Shown here: positions 1 to 21,700 of the stretch, one piece after another
Position numbering within the stretch: position 1 is the first letter of the stretch
How the letters are laid out: every line of letters starts with the position of its first letter
Source of the DNA: Klebsormidium nitens
Taxonomy: Eukaryota > Plantae > Klebsormidiophyceae
NCBI GenBank assembly: GCA_000708835.1
Contig: DF236979.1
Span: 124,001 to 188,000 of the forward strand
Direction: 5' to 3'
DNA: 64,000 bases
Made by a program: the position numbers and the translations under genes
The notes under the pieces: generated by a model
Seen by the model: the letters and a program-made list of their open reading frames with translations, nothing else
Told to the model about the DNA's origin: nothing
The model's database searches: none

Positions 1-62
1 CCTCCTTCCAATCATCGGCACCCAATCGTACCTGGATTCACGACCCTCAGACCGACACCCTC

Positions 63-11116
<11,054 letters not shown>

Positions 11117-12416
11117 ACGCCCTATCTTGGTTAGAAATCTGATCAACTGTGGTGGTGATTATTGCTGCTATCAAGTCCAGGCGCTGAACATGTGTACAAA
11201 ACTGAACCACTTGCCAGGCGTCAGGTCATTGTAGAAGGGCTCGGTGTTGATATAGGTGGGTACAATAGCTCGGAGGCACCAAAAGCAGTGGTGTTTTCGA
11301 ATCAAATGGTCATTGAAGAGGCTGTGCAATCGGGACGAATAAAAGGCGGCTGGGCACAACAATGAGCGATAATTTTTGTGCCTGACCTTGTACGCATTTA
11401 GGGGGTTTCGCTACTAATCCGGAGCTCTCACGTCATTGGCGGCCCGGCCATAAACCAATATGATGTTATGCACGCACGTGATTGATATGTCACTAACTCA
11501 ACCGCGTAATGGATCCCGCCCTGCCCTGAATCCCTACTAAGAGTCGAATTGCAAGGCTACGAACTTTGGCGCAGGCCGGCTAGTCGGATGGCTTGCGCGA
11601 TGCGCCGGCGTGGCGGGCGGCCACCTGCCAGTGAACGACTAGGAAGCAGCGGCACTGGAGCCGGTGCTATATCTCATACTACCTAGTCGATATCATTGGA
11701 TACTTTCGTAATAAGTAGACGTATATTCAATAAGTGAAATGCATGGTATGACTTTCTCATATGCTTGAGGGCGCGCGACATTGAATTAATGCGCTACACA
11801 TCTTTATAACGAGATTTCAATTAACGACGCCGCATGGCCCCGATATGCCATGAGATCTAGCTCGGCTGCAATACCCGTTCATAATCCCAAAAAGCGCTAC
11901 GACCAACAAACCGGAACAGCTCGCGGGCCAGGGTCATATGAACATTTCACGTTGAGCATGATTGGACAGGTGAGTCCGCCCTAGTAAATGTTTATTTTGA
12001 CCCTTGAATCACATACCGCAAAGCAATTCCTTAACTCTAACCCGGGAGATCGAGTTTTGCCGAATGCCTGGCGCTATGTTGAACCTTGGACCAGGTTCGA
12101 CGGAACGATCCTGACCTTCATTGCACATCGTGATCACAATTTGGTTCACAATCTGTAGCAAGACGTTAGATAAAGTACCTGAACCATCCCCTGTCAGGTC
12201 GTGCAGAACGGTTGTAATGACTGTCACCTGCAATCGACTTGCTGAGTGACTTAGCTACAATATAGTACATGCGCGAAACAGAAAAGGAAAAGCAACCTGT
12301 CTATTTATATAGCTTGCGACCCTAACCTTCACTTTTTGGATATCTGGCGAGCCGAAGGGAAAAAGTTCAATGGTTCAATGCCGTCTGTAGTTGATCGATC
12401 CAAGGTAGCCACGTGC

Positions 12417-14070
12417 TCATAGTTTCGACGGCTTGGGGAAGATGTCGGGCGTAAACTTTTGAGCTGCTTTCATTGAGCCTTTAATCCTCATCTTCCCCCT
12501 GCAAGCGCCAACCAAAACCAAGTATTAAGAGGGACATCTGGATCCGCTGGGTGTTGGACAACATTGCAAACGCCTCTGAGCAACGGGTCTGCCCAACCTG
12601 TCCAACAATCTGTCCGAACGTCTGGCAATCAAGAGAGTCGATGAGAAAAGAACATACAGATGACTGCAATTTCGTTGGATTTTGGAAGCTACTCTGTCCT
12701 CTGAACGAGAAGGCTGCTCGACTCTCGGGCTCCCGCCTCGATTGTGACATCTTCCAGGTGTTGGTATTGGAAGGTGTGGTTTGGAAACCATTCACAAAAG
12801 TACTTGCCAGAAATGAAAGCTGTTCGATCAAAACTTCATTCTCACCTGATGAATGCCATCTGAGGATTCAACTTCCCAGTTGCAACAGCCACGAAATCTT
12901 GATCGGCAAAGGAGAAGGTTGCGTCTGGCTTTCCTCCCTTGTATGCCCCTGCAGGCCATTTAAGTCCCTTACAATGAGGAGCCAGCACCACAATCGAAGA
13001 GGTACCTTCAACAAAGAAAATGACGGAGGCGCAAACAAAAATCTGGCCACTCAAGCAGTGGCTTCATCCTCGACAAAGAATCAGAAATTTTGGGCAGCCT
13101 ACCTTTGTACACGTTGCCCTCTTTGAGATCAATAACAAACGACTCTTCCTGAAACCCGAGCTTCTGCAGAGGAAAGGCAGTCATATGGCATCAGATGGGG
13201 CCTCTGTACGAGTTTGACACTTCTGCAAGTTTCAAATGGTACATAAACATGTAGAACAAGGCACCAAGTAGCATGAACACAGTTGATGTACTGTCTCAGC
13301 CTCCTCCATGTCCGCCCAAGAGCTTCACCTTCCAGTAGTGAGGGCGAAGAATTTATGGATCCTAACCCAAGAAGAGAATTATTGATTCTCTCAGAGTGAC
13401 ATACCACCCTCCCAAGATGTCTTTCAAAGGAACATCTGGCCATTCACAACTGCTCTAACATCCCATGATCATCTGCATATTCCCAGGTGTATCCAATTGG
13501 CGGCCAATGCTGCAAGCGAAGCGTCATGTAGAATGCAATGTGAGCTTGTTACTTAAAAGGTTACGTAGCACAAGGAGCAATCCTGTGCTGGACCAACACA
13601 ACAAAGCTGCTGAGTCAGGGGCTTTTAGGAACAAGAAAACCTCACCTTTTCTCCAATGTTCATCTGATACACTAAGCCAATCTTCTCAAGTAGCCCCTTC
13701 CCCTCTGGACCCTTTATGTGTTCCTGCCATGCATCAGGAAACCAAGTCATCGAGCTGGCATAAGTGTCCAGAATAAATGATGCTCCATAGCCCCTTTCTG
13801 CAAGATCAACATTTGAACCACAATTACTTTAATGTTTAGTTCCAGCTCTTACTCGTCAATGTGCAGCTAATCTCCTGTACAGTTAGCTGGGGAGAAACGT
13901 GAAGATGCTGAGGTGGTGCAGCAGACACATATGAGGTGCACCGCTTCGAAGCAATGAGATGTGGAAAGAAGGAGAAACGCTAACAGTCCAACCTTCATCA
14001 TGTCCAAAAGAGCTGCTGACTTCAGCTTCGAAGACGACGCAAGCTTCTCGCCATCTCCTTGAGCCCCCAT
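12417..14070 (-). CDS. SCP2: Sterol carrier protein 2, stand-alone plant type, 5 exons
   Basis: Exons 14070-13993, 13723-13646, 13163-13103, 12948-12846, 12498-12417. Protein MGAQGDGEKLASSSKLKSAALLDMMK-EHIKGPEGKGLLEKIGLVYQMNIGEK-KLGFQEESFVIDLKEGNVYKG-AYKGGKPDATFSFADQDFVAVATGKLNPQMAFIR-GKMRIKGSMKAAQKFTPDIFPKPSKL*, ending in the PTS1 signal SKL. Confidence 0.95.
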
Positions 14071-14382
14071 GGCTTGCTTCCGAACACCCTGCTGTCCGCT
14101 TGAAGACCTGCTAAATGATGCCACCCAGCGCCGCCCAGCCTTTCAATCTGAACAAATTCAGGCTTTTGCTTCCCCCTTGAAATATTGTACCCTTAACAGA
14201 AAGCAAGGAGCGGAGAAAGATGCAGCTGCGGTGAAGCTCCAGAGTTGTCTATCTTTATATGTATAGGCTAAAGCAGCATTTCGAGCTTGAAGAATACCGA
14301 GTGTGCAGCACTGGCAGCCTCAGGGGCGTCTGCGAATCCAATCTCGAGCAGAGTACTGCTGACGAGGCTTGCAAGAATGAGC

Positions 14383-14390
14383 TAGGGTTT
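14383..14390 (-). promoter_or_regulatory. Telo-box (AAACCCTA) about 310 bp upstream of the SCP2 start codon
   Basis: TAGGGTTT on the + strand. The telo-box is an established plant promoter element; function here is inferred from position only. Confidence 0.3.
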
Positions 14391-15454
14391 TCAACTAGGG
14401 CAAGCGCCCTTTTCCATTTCAAGAAAAGCAAGCGGTTGATCTCAGCCGCTCATTGAACATGTGGGTAACAGATCGACGCCTCAGGGGCAGCCTGACGGCT
14501 CACATGGTCATTGGTGGCGAACAGGTTTGCAATCATCGTGCTGCGTGCACACGTGATTCTGGCTGGGATCTTCAGAGTGGATATTCAGAGTGGATAATGG
14601 AGTCCTCACATTGCGAGTCAAAAGGCGACTAGGCGAGAGGAACGTGGAAGAGTGGCAGACGACGCCTCTAGAGCCAGCATTCGTGAATGCAATTCCTATC
14701 GCGCGACAAGGCGCTGCCTGGAGGGAGAAATGTAAAAACAAGTTTTTGGAGAAAGTGCTGCTTCGAAGCACTTTCTTGATAGGTGCGGACTGTTGTGTTG
14801 GGAGAACTGCAGATTCGCTCACGGAGGGTCCACGTTTTGCCTGGCTAGGAGTTGGGCTGGTTGCTTAAAAGCTTCGTAGTAAATAGACCAGAGCCCTCTG
14901 AAATGAAGCCAATGGCAATGAGCACAGCGTGTCTGAACCTGGCTCTGAACATCTGCATTGCCCCACTTTTGATGGTCCTTTCTGTGAGCGAGTTCTTCTT
15001 CCCAGAGACCGTCAAGAATGTCAAGGACTTTATAGTGGTAAGCAACCCAATCTATGGATTCGGTCTTGCGGACATCAACAGCAAGCACTGCGGTCCGTGG
15101 TCTTCTGAGACTGAGAGAAATCCATGGGGACTACATTAGCTGGCAGCATTTGCTTATTTGAGAATGCTGTTTGGACTGGTACTTGATTGTTGATATTTGA
15201 AACAGCAGCAGACCTTCTGGCCGCTGGATAAAATAGGTGTCAGGAATTCAGGATGCCCCTTGGCTGAACCCTCAAACACCACATTAGGGGCTGGCTCGTG
15301 CAGATGATATGACTGCCGGGATTTCCTTGCCGAATGCAGACTCCTCCTTTCTTGATTGGAAAGCTTGGTTGTCCGATGCCCGTTGCCCCTGACCCCCCTT
15401 TGCTGTCTTGGCCGCCCACTGATATCTCAGGGACCGCTCTCTGTGCAGATTGCC

Positions 15455-16246
15455 ATGCGGCCTGACTTGGAAAACGAGGTCCGTGACAGGCGCCGCCCGA
15501 GCACCCGCGAAATGCTGCTGCGCATCCAGGCTGACCTGCGCGAGCTGAAGTCTGCAAACCGCTCCGAGCCTGAGCTGCATCAGATTCATGAACTGCTCAA
15601 GAGGACGGAGGAAAGGGAGGCGCACGTCAGGGACCTGCTCAAGAAAGGCTGGTCGCGGGTGCGTGGAGCCCCCTGTTTTTTCTGACACAAACCCCTTCTT
15701 TTCAGGACTCCTGGCAGCATTAAGAAAGAAGTCGGCACCAGTTCTCTTTGAAAGCCCCTTCATTCATTGCGGAGTGCCTGCGCTGTCCATGCTGCCACAT
15801 GAAGTGTTTCCTTTTGCAGACAGCTCGCAACAATTGCCATGTTGGAATCTACGCATATTCGAGTAACAGCACAGCTCCGTCATGACCTGAGAGAGTTCTG
15901 GTTGTGATGTATTGGGCTGGCAGTTTGATACAGGCGCTTTCGTTGTCGAACATGAACGGGGCAATCCGTGATTGCACTCCCTTTGGTGCTGAGATCCCCA
16001 GTGGGTAATATGACAAGGACAGACTTACATAGGTGCATAATCTTTGGATTGCAGGAAGATATGATGGTCGGAGCGCTGGCGCAGACAAAGGAGCGACTGA
16101 AGCGGGAGTTTGTGGAAACCAGACGGCAAGGCAAGAAGGTGGACGAGCTCCTGCAGCGACTGGAATCGTCGGTGTCGACGGACGGTTTCATGGTTGAGAG
16201 CGGAAGCACCACACCAATCAGCAGGGCCGGCAGCTCATCAATGTAG
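15455..16246 (+). CDS. Small coiled-coil protein of unknown function, 2 coding exons
   Basis: Exons 15455-15658 (MRPDLENEVRDRRRPSTREMLLRIQADLRELK...LLKKGWSR) and 16055-16246 (EDMMVGALAQTKERLKREFVETRRQGKKVDELLQRLES...SSM*), joined by a phase-0 GT-AG intron, with GC3-rich codons. An acceptor at 15447-15448 suggests a further upstream exon. Confidence 0.6.
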
Positions 16247-17074
16247 CTCTGAGATCAGTACCGTGTTTGAATTCTGTCTTGGTATGCAGCAGTGCGAGGG
16301 CTCAATGAAGACGTGAAGTTGGCCCATGAAAGTGCTTGTTGCCAATTGGTAATCGGCAGAAGATCATGCGTTGCTGCACTGTATAAAGAGATGAAAGACG
16401 CTACCTTTGAAATGAAGCCTCAATGTAGGTAGGATGGCGTGAAAGTGGGTGATTAATAGTAGGGGCGGGGCAACCAAATCTCATGAATGAACCGTAGGGT
16501 AGACTGCTACAGGCCCGCCTACATACCGCCACTAGAAGAGTTGTTCTGTGGGTCGGCTTGTGTCTTGGTCGCACGCGTTTGAAAGTAGGTGGGTCGACGA
16601 CAGCGGTGTTGACAATTGTCCAGCTGCCAGTGCAAAACAGTTTACTCGTTAGGCAGACTTTCTAGCTGCCTTTTATAGATTACCGTAAGCTCAGATATAC
16701 CGAATATGTAGGACACTCAGTTACAGTTGAAACATCTCACAGCAATTAAATTCTATATGAATGCTGGTAGAAGGGCCCGCCACTTTGTCAATTGACTCTT
16801 TGGGCAGTGCCATGATCTGAGTGCATGTAACTGGTGAGTTCAAGTTACTCAGTAAGCGCCGCAGGCCGCCTCTCTTAAGTCAAGCTGCATGCCGGATCGC
16901 TCAGCTGGCATTATTAGAGATTGTAGTTCCGGGCACACTGCACTTAACGACCAGATAATATCACCACATGCGCGCCAGCCAGCACCGCGGGCCCGCGGCA
17001 TGGGGTTGGCGCAAGCTTTGATTGAGCATGGCCGGATCAGACTCCCATATTCCCGGCATGCGGCCCCGGTTTAA

Positions 17075-17837
17075 CGCACAAGCTACCTATGGTGGGTCCC
17101 GGCCGAGTCGACTTCGACTCAAACCGCGACGAAAATGTGGGACCCGGTATCAAATTTCGTCAGTAGTACCGGCGGTTCACGTTACGACGACTCGGACTTC
17201 CGTAACATGTACCCAACGAGTACTTTCAAAATCTTGCTCGGCCGTAACCGAGTGTCATAATGGTGTAACAGAGTGTTTTGATTTACACTTTGACAGAAGC
17301 ATAAAAATGCCACACTATGAGGAGGCTTATGCAGCTTATAGAAACCTTTGACAAGCAAAAAAAAATGTTGAAAGGGCGTCATTAGAGGTCCTTTGAAGCT
17401 CCAACATCATGTTTTGTTCAGGACAAATCTCAAGAAACAGCATAGGAGGCGCAAAGTGGGCCGCCATTGTTGATTTTTGCAGAGCGCCTTTCCTTACACT
17501 GCTCTATCAAATTCCTGCACTCTCCTTTCAGTCTGGGTACCGCGGTACTCCTGCGTGGTTCAAGTCGGAAGTTCCGACCAAGACCATAAATTTCATAATC
17601 GATGTACGCGCAGACTCGAGCGGTACCGTACCTCCGCATAGTACGCACTTGACCGTTGATCGACGTGTCAGAAAAAGTTCAATTCATGAACTCAGACCTG
17701 ATTCTCAAGTACTGCCGAGTACGGTCGTCAGTGCCGCGTACACAATTCGTCGCGACACGTAACACCGGTGTAAGAAATTTGAGACCGGACCGTCGCGCGG
17801 TCGATACCGTCGAGACCCACCATAGGTAGCTTGTGCG
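17075..17837. mobile_element. Non-autonomous TIR element (MITE-like)
   Basis: Left arm CGCACAAGCTACCTATGGTGGGTCCC (17075-17100) is the reverse complement of right arm GAGACCCACCATAGGTAGCTTGTGCG (17812-17837) with 1 mismatch. The interior is non-coding. A TA target duplication is possible at 17084-85 and 17827-28. Confidence 0.7.
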
Positions 17838-18738
17838 GGGTAAAAGCTAGCAGCCTATACCTATTTCATGTATCCATGCCGCGCCTGACACATATATGTA
17901 CATGGAATCCTTGAAAAGCAACGACTCATTATTCATGTTATCATGCATGTGGAAAGGCATGCAATGAGGTTATGGCACATGCATGCCGCAAGGTAAGTAC
18001 ACCTATCTGCAATTTCATGCATGGCGATCATCCGTTATAGCGCAATGAGTATTCAAAATAGCCATGCAACTTGAGGCTCCAATTGACTGAGTCGAGTGCC
18101 TCAATCCACCCGCAGCTCACTCTTAACGTGTTTGATCCGCTTCCAGCCCTGCCCTACTGTGCCAATCTTGGCCATACCAACCTGAGAACTCAGATGCGCG
18201 AGGTACGACGGCGCACAGATCTGCAAATCATCACTGAAGTTCTGTGCCGGCTTGAAAGTGCTTATGCGGGCCTGACCGTCATGTCGGAGCTTTGTTGTCA
18301 ATCAAGAGTGGACGCTGAGCAATACCACACGAGACCTTCTTATTGAATTGAAGCTGTACAAGCTGTAGGCGTCAGCCCGTTGACTGACTGCGATGCCCAC
18401 AAGCGGTTTGCAAAAATAGCAACAGGTCTCGAGTCAACACCAACCTTTACGTCGTGTAAGCAAGATTGGCCCGCTAAATCTGACTTCTCAAAACGGCATC
18501 CGCAAACATAGAAAAGGTACTTCTTGCTTCAAGCCGCCGACCCCTTCCACAGCGTCGATTCTCATGTAGGTTGTGCTTAGGGTTAAAAATGGTTGTTGAG
18601 TCGTCCTCCATCTTGCCAGAATCAGCAACCTCGCCGACGGATGGCAAACAATAATCATTGTTGTTCTATCGCAGGTACAGAACAAATCTGTTCACACACA
18701 CACAAAGCTCCTCCCCCCGCTCCAAAGAGCGACGTTTT

Positions 18739-21700
18739 TCACCCCCCAGTGGCGACTCTTTGCCGCTCATCGGCTGCAATTAGCAGATCTCCTGGTTCTC
18801 CGGAGAAAGCAATGGCTTCCCACGAGGCGGCGTTTTCTTCTGGGGGGGGCGGCTTGTGGGGGAGGCTGCTCTCGGGCCAGAGTTCGCTCCGGTCGTGAGC
18901 AAGGGACTGCAGAAAAAGGAAGTTCCGATAGAGCAAGGCAGCAATGGCAGACGACAAGGAGCAACGTATAAGAACCAGGTTCTTATAAGTCTTTTACTCT
19001 GTATTATGGTGTCATTGTATTCAATGAGGGAATGCTGCAACTGTTTCGGAAGATGTTGGTGAGGACGGTTCCCCGCAAGAGCAAAAGTACGATTTTACAA
19101 ATGAACAGTTAAGATGTGAAAATCGGTTTGAGCTGCCGTCTTCATCAGAAGAACGTGCGGTGCTGACATCAAACACATGGTAAAAGAGCTGCAAAAGTGA
19201 CACGTGGCAAAACGCGAAGTGGTCAGCCGCGCTGTGGTGTACTCAAAAGCACAAGTAATGCCCCCTCGAAGAGTATGAGAGAGTGAGTATATTGTGAGTA
19301 TATGGTGCAAGCAAAAGCTCAACGAGAAAAAACGAGTGACGTCACTTGTGACGCCATCTGACGTCAGCCCTTACCTGGTTAGGTGACCTGAAGTACATGA
19401 ACGGTGTGTAGCGCAGGAAGTTGGAGACTCGGGAAGTGTAAATGTCAGCGTATCTGGCGCAAGAGCAAAGCAGAGCTGATCATTAGAAAAGCATCGATAG
19501 TCCGACGGGATAAGGCGGCAGCAATTGGCGTCCACCAAAGGATCGGAGACTTTGGTAACAAAGGCTCCAAATTTGCTAAGCACATGCATGTGTGGAACTA
19601 TCAAAGAGTTGCACAAATCCAAAGCCCACATGGCAAGAGCGCGAAAAGCGCAAGCGCATGCACATGAGCTGTTGTCCACATTAGAAATCATCATCCTCCC
19701 TCACTTTCATCAAAAAGGAGGGTTTACACTTCCCTCTTGATGATTTCGACTCGGCATTTTTACTTTCCCAGACCAACTATCAGCGTGCGCGCAACAGCGG
19801 GAGGACATTGGGTCACACTCGTCTTTCACAAGACGCGAGCAGTACTTGTCTTTCTCGTGGAGAGGATGTTGTGTTATTTGTGCAGTTAAAGGGTGTCAAG
19901 GTTAGATGGGCTTACTTTTCGATCTGGCGTGTTAGATGGCTCTTGTCATTTAGCCCGGCTCTTGATAGGTAGCCCCACCTGCGAGCAAAGCCGCAGAGCT
20001 CAGGCTTCAGTCGTACTCTTACAGTCATTCAAGCGACCGAGATGAGACTAGGCACCAGCCCTCCGTCTCAATTACTTCTCACCGTTTCTGGAGGCGCTAG
20101 GTTGGAGTTTCGCTGCCCGCACTTTGGCCTTGACAAGGAACGAACGAGTGGCATGGGAGCACGGCAAGGGAAGCAGGAAGAGGAAAGCAACGACGAGGTT
20201 CTCTCGAAAGCCGCTTGACAAACCCCCTTTTCGCCTTGGAAATGTAACAAGTGCAGATATGATCAGTAAAGTTGCAGATGCGCAGTCGAGATTGCTCTTC
20301 GACGCCACCCCTTGGTTGCAAGGAGGGGAACCAAAGAAGCACGAAAGAACGTACAAGAAGCGCAAACGATAGACAATGCGGCTCAGCCGTTTACTTGCGA
20401 ACCTGTAGTTGAAATAGTTGCCATGAAGACCCAAGGATGGACAAGACAAAAAGGAGGATTGAAACAACCGAAGGCAAGTAGAATGGAAGAATAAAGGGAC
20501 ATCAAAAGATGAACTCGAATGAGAGGCTTCACTAAAATAGAAAGGACAGAAGCTTCTAAGGCGGAGAAGAATACAACCAAAGGCATCAGAAAGGATGAGA
20601 GAGAAGACACAATCCCGGGCTTTCCTGAAACAATTGAACTGAAAGCATTAGAATCGCTGCCCGCATGGACGCACCTCTTGTTGAAGTACTCTCCGTCGAC
20701 CTCAAGCATCGGCACGATCTTCTTGTCCAGTTGCTCCATCAGCAGCAGGAGTGTCGTCATCTGTTTCGTCAGCTCCTTCTCGCTCAGCGCCGTCGCCTCG
20801 TGCGTCTTTAAAGGGAGACGCGCCGGTATGGACTTGTCAGCCTTTACCTCGATGAAGCTCGTTTGCCAAAGACGTTGATCAAGTGAAGTGATCAGAGAAG
20901 CCAAAGACACTTACGGAATAATTTGTCGATCCAGCCAAGGACGGTGGGACTCATACTCGGAAGTTGGCGTGTTGATTTGGTTCAGAAGTGTGTCCGCATG
21001 TGAACCTAACAATCAAGATAATCACAGAAGACAAGTTCCGGCTTCAAGTTGGCGTCAGGATGACAATTGTTACTTCAAGTACTCAGACTCGAACCGTACA
21101 TATTTTGACGGTACTCTGATGGGGACTTATGCACCGTCCATCCGTTTGGGACTTGCATGTTCTACGCCCATTTCCAGCCATCTTATCTGTGCTCAACAAA
21201 CTGCTCGCTGGCCTCGAATACGTGGAACAAAGCCAAGGGGTTCCAAGCCTGCGAGTCTGAGCGCACTCTCATTCTTCCTCGCTTACGGAGATCCTTCGTG
21301 ACCGCTGTAACACATCCACCCACTTAGCTGATTCGTCAAGCCCCCACTTTAAGCGACCCAATCAACAGACGACTTTCGTCGGGTTTGGAGAACCTGCCCA
21401 CCTGTGCGTCCCGCCCGTTGCCCCGCCTCTGCAGCGCCAGCCGCAGCTGGTTGAACAGATCCCCCACGCGCTCCTTCTGGTTCATCAGCTGCACCAGCCG
21501 CTCGCGGTGCGCACGCCCGCACGCCAGCGCGTCCACCTGCAACGTCAGCGCCACGTCAGCAAAGCCATGCCACGTCAGCTCAGCGACCCGCTGGTTCATC
21601 AGCTGCATCAAGCTCTTGCAGTGCGAGCGCCTGCACGCCAGGCGCATCCACCTGCCACGTCAGCAACGTCAAGTCACGTCAGCTCGACGTCAGCGCCGTC

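Noticed and set aside
15284-15763. 159-aa minus-strand ORF
   Set aside because: It is the antisense shadow of the GC3-rich + strand exon, whose splice phases are consistent.
16500-16540. Helitron 3' ends (CTAG after GC-rich stretches; also near 11580, 11980, 33885)
   Set aside because: I could not define a matching subterminal hairpin or 5' TC end.
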